A stretch of DNA of 20,000 nt from an uncultured virus (IMG/VR IMGVR_UViG_3300033163_000174) (taxonomy: Duplodnaviria > Heunggongvirae > Uroviricota > Caudoviricetes), in IMG/VR virus record IMGVR_UViG_3300033163_000174. The stretch is one strand, 5' to 3'. The notes below the pieces were generated by a model. The model had not been told where the DNA came from. It worked only from the letters and a program-made list of their open reading frames with translations, and did not search any database. This document shows, in pieces, positions 1-7,595 of the stretch. Position 1 is the stretch's first letter. Each line of letters starts with the position of its first letter. Made by a program: the position numbers and the translations under genes.

Positions 1-1335
1 AAGTGCTCAGAGTGTAAAACCCTAGAAAAGCTAAACGGAATATATGAAATTAAGCTCTCCTATCCCCTACATTTAGAGAAGAAAAAGTATCTAAAGCCCT
101 TTAATATCATCAAAGCTGATGGACAGCTTTTTAGGATCTATCATGTGGAAAAAGACACACCCAGTAACCTTCTTAGGGTTAGTGGAAGGCATATCTTTTA
201 TGATCTTAATCATTATTTCATCGAAGATCGAAGGGCAGTAGATAAAAAGGCCATCGATGCTATGGAGATGGTTTTAGATGAAGCAGGTTTAACAGATATC
301 TATACCATTGAAAGCGATATTGAAGCATTAAACACCCAGTATTTTATTAGAAGGTCAGCTTCTCAGGCCATGTTTATGGTGTCTAATAGGTGGAAGGGTG
401 AGCTTTTCAGAGATAATTTTCATATAAAGATTAATGGAAGACACTTAAATGATAAAGGGGTTACTGTAGCCCATGGAAAAAACATCACCGGAATTAACGA
501 GAAGCTCAGTGCCGATGAGGTGCTAACAGGTATTTATCCTGTAGGGGCAGAAGGCTTAACCCTACCAGAGAAATATCTTATTAATGCCCAGTGGTCAGGC
601 GCAGATTATCCAGATTTTAAACTAATCAAGAGAGTAGACTTTAAAGAAGCCAAGGATGAAGAAAGCCTTAGACAAATGGCGGAGAACTACCTTTATGAAC
701 ATGCAGGCTTCGCAGTTAATTATCAAGTGGATTTTATCCAGCTTGAACACACCAAGGAGTATGAGGAATATAAGCCGCTTTTAAAAGTAAGCATTGGAGA
801 CACTGTAACCGTAAAGCATAAGCTTCTTGGTGTAGATTTTAAAATAAAAGTGATCTCCATTGAAAAGGACATCCTAAGATCTCAAAACACCAAAGTGGAA
901 CTAGGAAAACCTCTTTATACACTTGACCAGTACATTGAGGAATTTAAAGAAAATGTCGATGAAAACTTTCAAGAAGTGGATGAATCCATTGGTGGTATTA
1001 GGACTCAGCTAGATGATTTGGGAGTCTCTTATACCATTGTAAAAAATATAAGCATCGAAGAAAATATGATTCATGTCACCTATGAAGTGGAGAGGGGCAG
1101 CACCCATCAGTATCATGCGGATTATAGTTTTACCTTAGATGACTCAGGGCGTATGACCAGCATCACCCTTGAGGGAATATTTTCAGAGCTATTACTAAAA
1201 GAAGTATCCACCCTCATAGTGGATATGACAAGTTTCGATATTGTTTACGCTGATGGGAAAAAGGCAAAATACAACTTTACCACAGATAGTAGTGGCAGAA
1301 TTACAGCAATAGAAAAGGTATGGGAGGGGGAGTAA
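1..1335 (+). CDS. Phage tail / minor structural protein (prophage tail endopeptidase-like), 5'-partial
   Basis: The frame is open from base 1 (KCSECKTLEKLNGIYEIKLSYP...KADGQLFRIYHVE), so the ORF-track start at 145 is internal. Motifs typical of siphophage minor structural proteins: E-x-LNG-x-YE-x-x-L-x-YP, GQLFRI, GKNITG, T-x-IYP-x-G-x-EGL, L-x-x-x-x-IGDTV-x-V, VELG. Lies upstream of holin and endolysin. Confidence 0.85.
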   Translation, partial: KCSECKTLEKLNGIYEIKLSYPLHLEKKKYLKPFNIIKADGQLFRIYHVEKDTPSNLLRVSGRHIFYDLNHYFIEDRRAVDKKAIDAMEMVLDEAGLTDIYTIESDIEALNTQYFIRRSASQAMFMVSNRWKGELFRDNFHIKINGRHLNDKGVTVAHGKNITGINEKLSADEVLTGIYPVGAEGLTLPEKYLINAQWSGADYPDFKLIKRVDFKEAKDEESLRQMAENYLYEHAGFAVNYQVDFIQLEHTKEYEEYKPLLKVSIGDTVTVKHKLLGVDFKIKVISIEKDILRSQNTKVELGKPLYTLDQYIEEFKENVDENFQEVDESIGGIRTQLDDLGVSYTIVKNISIEENMIHVTYEVERGSTHQYHADYSFTLDDSGRMTSITLEGIFSELLLKEVSTLIVDMTSFDIVYADGKKAKYNFTTDSSGRITAIEKVWEGE

Positions 1336-1336
1336 A

Positions 1337-2407
1337 GTGACCTATCATGAAAGATTTAATAATACACTGGCCATATGGACAGCCTTTGGTGGTAGGGGAA
1401 ATCTTATTCTTCCTATCCCAACCTTAAAGTGGGAAAAACGCTATTATCATGATTTTGGATATCCTCAAACCGGCAGTGCTACAAGGATTGATGTTTTTGA
1501 TAATGGTCTGGCGCAAATTGCCGTGTACCGAGCTTCTAGTCCTAGAATGTCATATTTTAACCATCAAACGGGGCAGTGGACCATCGCCGATGTGCCTTGG
1601 TGGAATCATGGAATACCAGAAATTCTATGGGCGGGAGATGGTGTGTTTTTAGCTAGAATCGTAGGGCTTGCTAACATCATCGCTTCCTTTGACGGTATCA
1701 CCTGGCATAATGCAGGATTTTGTAGAGGTGCCCAAAACCATATGGAAACAGGGGCTTACGACATTACAAGGAATGTAGGAGTAGTAAGCTGGTGGTGGTA
1801 TAAGTCACCCGTCTATTACAGCTTTGATTCCCTTACGGAAAGAACAGAATGGACCCTTACAGGCTCTGATGGAAATTCTGTACCGATTTTTAAGTATATG
1901 ACTGCCCATAAAGGAAACTTTGTAGGGGTGGTTGGAGGAGATAAATCCATCGCTGTAGCAAGTTCTGCCACACCTTGGGCTTGGACTACTACCATTCCAG
2001 AAGATCCACTGGACCACAGGTATATGTATATTCGCTCTGTTAATAACAAACTCTTTGTCCACCGGTTTAGATACCATGGATCGCCGGGGAATTTTAGTGT
2101 TAATCTATGTGTTCTAAACGATAGCGCCACCCAGCTGATTGAGACCAATCTATCCCACTATGGAGATTTGGCAGATAATAGAGCGCCAAATCCTCAAAAT
2201 ATAGTATGGATGAAGGACTGGGGGAAATACGCCCTCTTTACTCAAAATATGCTGTACGCTTCAGCGGACGGGATTTACTGGGAAGGGGTAGAGCAGCCGG
2301 GGTTCTCACTTTCACCTCATGGGAATATGTTTGGTGGTGCTATTTATGTACCGGGAGATGGCTTCTACGTTAAGGGCAATGGGTTCGTTTTTTTTGGGGC
2401 TTATTAA
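1337..2407 (+). CDS. Putative phage tail-associated / receptor-binding protein with Asp-box (BNR) repeats, probable beta-propeller
   Basis: RBS GGAGGGG then GTG, 1 nt after the upstream stop. Trp/Tyr/Gly-rich; two S-x-D-G-x-x-W motifs (ASFDGITW, ASADGIYW). Position between tail gene and holin. Function is inferred. Confidence 0.55.
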   Translation: MTYHERFNNTLAIWTAFGGRGNLILPIPTLKWEKRYYHDFGYPQTGSATRIDVFDNGLAQIAVYRASSPRMSYFNHQTGQWTIADVPWWNHGIPEILWAGDGVFLARIVGLANIIASFDGITWHNAGFCRGAQNHMETGAYDITRNVGVVSWWWYKSPVYYSFDSLTERTEWTLTGSDGNSVPIFKYMTAHKGNFVGVVGGDKSIAVASSATPWAWTTTIPEDPLDHRYMYIRSVNNKLFVHRFRYHGSPGNFSVNLCVLNDSATQLIETNLSHYGDLADNRAPNPQNIVWMKDWGKYALFTQNMLYASADGIYWEGVEQPGFSLSPHGNMFGGAIYVPGDGFYVKGNGFVFFGAY

Positions 2408-2433
2408 TCACAACAACTTAAGAAAAAGATAAT

Positions 2434-2460
2434 GGCGTCCTTCGTGAGGACGTCTTTTTA
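2434..2460 (+). terminator. Intrinsic terminator after the tail genes
   Basis: Stem GGCGTCCT / AGGACGTC, loop TCGTG, followed by TTTTT. Confidence 0.7.
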
Positions 2461-2495
2461 ATAGATAAAACTTTTATGAAAGTGAGGGAAAGTAC

Positions 2496-2912
2496 ATGAG
2501 AGAAGTTTGGAATATTAGTCAGATGATATTTGCTGCCATCGGCGGATGGCTGGGCTGGTTTCTTGGAGGTTACGATGGGTTTTTATATGCTCTGATAGCT
2601 TTTGTGGTTATTGATTATATTACAGGTGTTCTTTGCTCAATTTTAGAAAAACACCTGTCCAGCGATGTAGGTGCTAGAGGGATTTTTAAGAAAGTAGTGA
2701 TTTTCTCTTTAGTAGGTGTGGCCCATATTATTGACCAGAACATCATCGGTGATGGCAGTGCCATTCGGACTGCAGTTATTTTCTTCTATTTATCCAATGA
2801 GGGAATCAGCATCATTGAAAATGCTACAAGGCTTGGACTACCTATACCTAAGAAACTGGTAGATGTTTTAGAACAGCTAAAAAGTGGAGGTGATAAGGAT
2901 GGCACTAAGTAA
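2496..2912 (+). CDS. Phage holin (toxin secretion/phage lysis holin, Phage_holin_4_1 type)
   Basis: 138 aa with several TM segments and family motifs GWFLGG-x-DG, IDYITG, LSS-x-VG-x-RGI-x-KK, FFYLSNEGISIIEN-x-x-x-LGLPIP. Overlaps the endolysin start. Confidence 0.93.
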   Translation: MREVWNISQMIFAAIGGWLGWFLGGYDGFLYALIAFVVIDYITGVLCSILEKHLSSDVGARGIFKKVVIFSLVGVAHIIDQNIIGDGSAIRTAVIFFYLSNEGISIIENATRLGLPIPKKLVDVLEQLKSGGDKDGTK

Positions 2913-3891
2913 TCTAAAAACAAAGTTCATGACCAGAAATGATTGCTATACAGCAGGAAGGAAAATTACTCCTAAAGGCATTATGATCCACTCCACAGCA
3001 ACACCTGGTGTAATGGCGGCTGCTTGGTTCAGTAGATGGAATAAGTCCTTTAGAGCCGGAGAGATTAACAGGCAGGTTTGTGTCCATGCCTTTTTAGACG
3101 ATAAAGAAATATGGCAGTACCTTCCTTGGAATCACAGGGGCTGGCATGCAGGTGGTGCTGCCAATAATAGTTATATAGGGATTGAAATCTGCGAGCCGAG
3201 AGGACACTCCTATCAAGGATCCACTATGGTGAACTATGATGTAAAAAAGAATGAAGCCTACTTTAGAGCTGCCTGGAAAAATGCAGTAGACTTATGTGTT
3301 TTTCTTTGTAAGGAATATGGTCTGACGGAGAAGGATATCATAGGTCACGCTGAAGGTCACAGGCAGGGTATAGCCAGCAATCATGCAGACCCCATGCACT
3401 GGTATCCAAAGCATGGTGAGAGTATGGATACCTTTAGGGCTGAAGTAAAGAAAGGTCTTACAACAGGTATTTCTATTGATAGTGAAGATGATCTAGAAGC
3501 TGGAGATATTGTAGAAATTAAAGCCTCAGCTAAACGCTATTATCCAAATGGGCCTATTATTCCAAATTGGGTGAAATGGAACTATCATTTAATCACTCAA
3601 GATAAGTCTGGCAATAGGCCGGTTATTAAAGGTGGAAAAGAATGTGTTCTCTTAGGTAGGACCATTCTTAAAAGTAACATGGATGAAAAAGATGGCATTA
3701 TGACCTGGGCAGATAAAGACATTTTAGATTTAGTGAGTAAAGGTGTAGAGGTAGAGCCTAAGCCTGAAACGAAAACTACTCAAAAGTTCTATCGGGTCCA
3801 GGTAGGGGCCTTTAGTAAAAAAGAGAATGCTAAGGCTCTAATGGATCGCCTTAAAAAGGCAGGATTTGATGCCTATATGAAATACGATTAA
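2899..3891 (+). CDS. Phage endolysin, N-acetylmuramoyl-L-alanine amidase (Amidase_2) with C-terminal SPOR-like domain
   Basis: IMIHSTA, VHAF-x-D, GWHAGG-x-AN-x-x-YIGIEICE, IIGH-x-E...NHADP. C-terminal YRVQVGAFSKKENA...LKKAGFDAY. Start placed at ATG 2899 behind RBS GGAGGTG rather than GTG 2884. Confidence 0.92.
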   Translation: MALSNLKTKFMTRNDCYTAGRKITPKGIMIHSTATPGVMAAAWFSRWNKSFRAGEINRQVCVHAFLDDKEIWQYLPWNHRGWHAGGAANNSYIGIEICEPRGHSYQGSTMVNYDVKKNEAYFRAAWKNAVDLCVFLCKEYGLTEKDIIGHAEGHRQGIASNHADPMHWYPKHGESMDTFRAEVKKGLTTGISIDSEDDLEAGDIVEIKASAKRYYPNGPIIPNWVKWNYHLITQDKSGNRPVIKGGKECVLLGRTILKSNMDEKDGIMTWADKDILDLVSKGVEVEPKPETKTTQKFYRVQVGAFSKKENAKALMDRLKKAGFDAYMKYD

Positions 3892-3910
3892 GAAAAATTT
3901 TTAAATTTAG

Positions 3911-3945
3911 AGCCGGTGTTATCCCCTTAGCATCGGCTTATTTTT
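3911..3945 (+). terminator. Intrinsic terminator after the lysis module
   Basis: Stem AGCCGGTGTTA / TAGCATCGGCT (with G-U pairs), loop TCCCCT, then TATTTTT. Confidence 0.75.
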
Positions 3946-3978
3946 ATCCCTATATATAGTAGATAAATAGTAGAAATG

Positions 3979-4058
3979 ACTTGCATTATCCGAGCAGATA
4001 AGTGATATATACTATGACGCCAATACCCTGAACCCTTTATTTATGGGCGTTTCAGGGT
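3979..4058 (+). promoter_or_regulatory. Upstream regulatory motif of recombinase unit 1 (ACTTGCATTATC plus downstream inverted repeat)
   Basis: ACTTGCATTATC (3979-3990) recurs identically at 7514-7525. Followed by an AT-rich -10-like region and the IR ACCCTGAA...TTCAGGGT (4025-4058). Confidence 0.5.
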
Positions 4059-4138
4059 TTTAATTTTAAACTAGGTGTTTGGATGACAACTTAAAATATT
4101 TTAAAAGAGTGGCTTACTAAACGAAAGGAGGAATAAAC

Positions 4139-5767
4139 GTGGAAACCAATACTACAGAACGCATGATAGATACAGATGATGGAATCTTTAGATATGGACC
4201 TTCTAGGACAAGATCCAGTGAGTTTAGTTATGGGAATTTAGCAATCGACAGTCAAAGGCTTAGAGTGGCTTCTTATTGCAGGGTAAGTACAGAAGAAGAA
4301 CTGCAGATGAATTCTTTGGACAACCAAATTGTCCACTACACCAATTACATCCGCTCCAACCCACAGTGGCAGTTTGCTGGTATCTTTTCAGACCGAGGAA
4401 AATCAGGAACAATGATGGAGAGCCGAGCAGGATTTAATAAAATGATTCGCTACGCAATGGCTGGAAAGATTGATTTGATTATCTGTAAATCCATCTCAAG
4501 GTTTGCAAGAAATGTGATGGATACCTTGAAAGTAGTAAGAGACCTTAAAGAGAGAAATATTTTTGTACTATTCGAGAAAGAAAATTTTCATACGGGAGAT
4601 ATGCAGAGTGAATTCATCCTTACCATGCTTGCTGCAACGGCTCAGGAAGAAAGCCGAAGTATATCAGAAAATATTAGCTGGGCAACATCAAAACGTTTTG
4701 AACAGGGAGAAGCCAGATTTGCAAGAATCCTAGGCTACAAAAAGATAAAAGGAAAGCCCTGGGTCATTGACGAAAGAGAAGCTTCAACAGTGAGAGAAAT
4801 CTTTAGACAATACTTAGAGGGTAAGACACCTACGGAAATTGCAAATTATTTGATACGCAACAATTATGTAAAAGTAAATGGTAGAAGAGACTGGACCAAT
4901 GTGGCCATTATATCCATCCTTAGAAATGAAAAATATGTGGGAGATGTTCTTTGCCAAAAGACATACACAGAAGATTATCTAACCCATAAAACACGAGTGA
5001 ATCAAGGAGAAAAAACCCAGTACCTTATCCAAAATAATCATGAAAGAATCATTGATAGGGAGACATTTGATAAAGTCCAAAAGATGCTTAAGCCAAAATC
5101 TAAGGGTGTTAAGCGAGGGCCGAGTAAACGGTATGATTTAACGGGAAGAGTTGCTTGCTCAGAGTGTGGCGCTAACTTTCACCGTTACAAAACCAGAGGT
5201 TATGTTACATGGCGCTGTAGCAATCGCAGGAAAAGCACTCGACTATGTAAAATGACAAGTGTTGGGGAAGAAATTCTATTAAAGGTACTTAAACAAGCCT
5301 TTATAGAAAAGCATGAAATCGACCCTAAGAGTTCAGGAAAAAGGCAGATTATAAAGCTGATGAAAAACCTACAAAATACAGATGTATTAAGAGATGGAGA
5401 ACAGAACCGCTTAAGGCTTGAACTTGAAAAAGCCCTCTTTGCTGAAAGTATGGCTGTGCTGGATAATAAAGATGAAAAAGAACTAAAAGACCACAGAGAA
5501 GCTATCGAAAAAACCATAGCAGAAAAAGAAGTATGGTGGAGATTGGTTGATGCAGATGACCCTTATAGAAAAGAAGCACTAGAAGAGCTAGCGAAAATAA
5601 AAGATGCTGCTAATCCCTTAACGGAACTGTATAAAAAGCTGGATAATATTAAATTCTTAAGAGCCTGGATGACACGCATAGAAGCGAAGTCATCTTTTTT
5701 ATTTTCCATCACATGGGTGAGCGGTGAGGAAACAGAAGTTGAAGCCAGTGAAGGAGGAGATGATTAA
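4139..5767 (+). CDS. Large serine recombinase, type A copy 1 (resolvase catalytic + recombinase + zinc ribbon)
   Basis: RBS AAAGGAGG + GTG. Catalytic YCRVST, D-x-G-x-SGT...R-x-GF, KSISRFARN, AQEESRSISENI, LGY, ILRNEKY-x-GD, HE-x-II; zinc ribbon CSECG...WRC...C. Confidence 0.95.
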   Translation: METNTTERMIDTDDGIFRYGPSRTRSSEFSYGNLAIDSQRLRVASYCRVSTEEELQMNSLDNQIVHYTNYIRSNPQWQFAGIFSDRGKSGTMMESRAGFNKMIRYAMAGKIDLIICKSISRFARNVMDTLKVVRDLKERNIFVLFEKENFHTGDMQSEFILTMLAATAQEESRSISENISWATSKRFEQGEARFARILGYKKIKGKPWVIDEREASTVREIFRQYLEGKTPTEIANYLIRNNYVKVNGRRDWTNVAIISILRNEKYVGDVLCQKTYTEDYLTHKTRVNQGEKTQYLIQNNHERIIDRETFDKVQKMLKPKSKGVKRGPSKRYDLTGRVACSECGANFHRYKTRGYVTWRCSNRRKSTRLCKMTSVGEEILLKVLKQAFIEKHEIDPKSSGKRQIIKLMKNLQNTDVLRDGEQNRLRLELEKALFAESMAVLDNKDEKELKDHREAIEKTIAEKEVWWRLVDADDPYRKEALEELAKIKDAANPLTELYKKLDNIKFLRAWMTRIEAKSSFLFSITWVSGEETEVEASEGGDD

Positions 5768-7452
5768 TGAACACAGGGCAAATAGAGAGAGCGCCAACAG
5801 CTAGAGTTAGGGTAATTCCAGCTAGGACAAGGACCCCTAGAGATGAAGAACACTTTGATGGCCAAAAGAAGCGAATCGGCGTTTATGTACGTGTATCAAC
5901 AGATTCAGCCATGCAGGCCACCAGTTATGACATTCAAGTATCCTACTTTAAAGAATATGTAGAGAAAAATCCAAACTGGCAGCTTGTAGAAATCTTTGCA
6001 GACGAAGGCTTGTCAGGCACCTCAACAAAAAACCGTGTTGAATTTAACCGAATGATTGAAAGGTGTAAAAACAAGGAAATCGACTATATCATAACCAAGT
6101 CCATCAGTAGATTCGCTAGGAATACCCTAGACTGCCTTCACTACATTAGAATGCTTAAAAATCTAGGCATTGGGATATTTTTCCAAAAAGAAAATCTCGA
6201 TACATTGGACAGTAAGAGTGAATTATTTTTGACGATTTTATCATCGATGGCTCAGGAAGAGTCCCGCTCCATTTCTGAAAACACCAAGTGGGGAGTACAG
6301 AAAAGGTTCCAACAAGGGAAAGCTCATATCCCCACCACCTACTTTCTAGGCTACACAGAGGATGAAGATGGGAACATTATTATCGATGAAAAACAGGCTA
6401 AGGTTGTAAGGCGAATATACAAAGAACTCCTTGAAGGTAAGGGGACACCAACCATTGCCAAGGGGCTGATGAAAGATAAGATTAGAACCGCCAGAAACAA
6501 GAAAACCTGGACTTCTGATGCTGTTCTCAAGATCCTTAAAAACGAAAAGTACAAAGGCGACTGCTTAGCACAAAAGACCGTAACCGTAGATTATCTCACC
6601 CATGAAAGGGTCAGAAACAAAGAGCACCAGCCTCAGTACTATATAAGAAATCACCACCCAGCAATCATCAGCGAGGAAGACTGGGAAAAGGTCCAGGAAG
6701 AACTGACAAGACGTAACAAGATGCTAAGGGATCCAGATAATAAATACAGCATGACTTACAGCGGAGCGGCACCTTTTTCAAACAAGCTCTTTTGTGGGGA
6801 GTGCGGAAGGCCAGTTACTAGAAGGAGGCTTACCACCCACTTTGGAGAAGAGAGGATTCCAGCTAAGTTTACTGCTTGGCACTGCAGGGCAGCTTCCAAG
6901 AGAGACAAAGAGTTTACAGATTGTAGCTGTAGTTATATTTGGGAAGAAGAACTAGAAAAAGCTTTTATGAAATTACTCTTTGATATTAAGAAAGATAAAA
7001 ACCGTCTACTGAAAGATGTTGAGCTTGCTATCGAGGAAGCCTCATTAACAGAAGAGGAAGAACGTAGGCTAAATGAACTAGGCATTCAAATAGAAAGAAT
7101 TGCTGATAAAATAACGGAAATGGCAACGAGAGCTTCAGGAGGAAATGAAGTTGTTTATGAAGCTACTATGAGACACATGATCTATGAGCAGGAAATCCTA
7201 CAGATGGAGTACGATGGGCTAAATGAAAATAAAAAAGAAAGCGAATATCTAAAAGAGAATATTAAAATCTTACTTGAAGATTTAGAAAAAATAGAAGGCC
7301 AAGAGGAACCCTTTAATGAAGAACTTTTTAAGAGGACCGTAGAAAGGGGAACGGTATTTGCGAAGTGGCAGGTAGAGCTTCACTTAAAATGCGGAGTCTC
7401 CTACAAGGTATCTGTTAAAAGAAGACCACAAAGGAGCAAAAAGGAAAAATAA
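5767..7452 (+). CDS. Large serine recombinase, type B copy 1
   Basis: ATG overlaps the upstream TAA (TAATG), RBS AAGGAGG. RVRVIPA N-terminus, YVRVST, DEGLSGT...R-x-EF, KSISRFARN, AQEESRSISEN, LKNEKYKGD, HHPAII, CGECG...WHC...C, coiled-coil C-terminus. Confidence 0.95.
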   Translation: MNTGQIERAPTARVRVIPARTRTPRDEEHFDGQKKRIGVYVRVSTDSAMQATSYDIQVSYFKEYVEKNPNWQLVEIFADEGLSGTSTKNRVEFNRMIERCKNKEIDYIITKSISRFARNTLDCLHYIRMLKNLGIGIFFQKENLDTLDSKSELFLTILSSMAQEESRSISENTKWGVQKRFQQGKAHIPTTYFLGYTEDEDGNIIIDEKQAKVVRRIYKELLEGKGTPTIAKGLMKDKIRTARNKKTWTSDAVLKILKNEKYKGDCLAQKTVTVDYLTHERVRNKEHQPQYYIRNHHPAIISEEDWEKVQEELTRRNKMLRDPDNKYSMTYSGAAPFSNKLFCGECGRPVTRRRLTTHFGEERIPAKFTAWHCRAASKRDKEFTDCSCSYIWEEELEKAFMKLLFDIKKDKNRLLKDVELAIEEASLTEEEERRLNELGIQIERIADKITEMATRASGGNEVVYEATMRHMIYEQEILQMEYDGLNENKKESEYLKENIKILLEDLEKIEGQEEPFNEELFKRTVERGTVFAKWQVELHLKCGVSYKVSVKRRPQRSKKEK

Positions 7453-7513
7453 CCCCAAAAAGAATAGAAAAAAGTAAGTAAATGAAAATAACTTCTTTCA
7501 TACCAGAGATAGT

Positions 7514-7568
7514 ACTTGCATTATCTTTGGACTAGAGCCATTAATAACATACCTGCTATTTTAGCAGG
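7514..7568 (+). promoter_or_regulatory. Upstream regulatory motif of recombinase unit 2
   Basis: ACTTGCATTATC (7514-7525), identical to 3979-3990, followed by the IR CCTGCTA-TTT-TAGCAGG (7552-7568) just before RBS AAAGGAG. Confidence 0.5.
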
Positions 7569-7595
7569 ATCGCTCTAGAGAAAGGAGTTTTTATT

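Noticed and set aside
2388..2399. T8-G4 homopolymer as a phase-variation tract
   Set aside because: It lies in the last few codons of the gene, and such runs are common in AT-rich DNA.
1337..2407. Diversity-generating retroelement target or invertible tail-fibre shufflon driven by the recombinases
   Set aside because: No reverse transcriptase, no template/variable repeat pair, and no inverted alternative C-terminal cassettes seen in the window.
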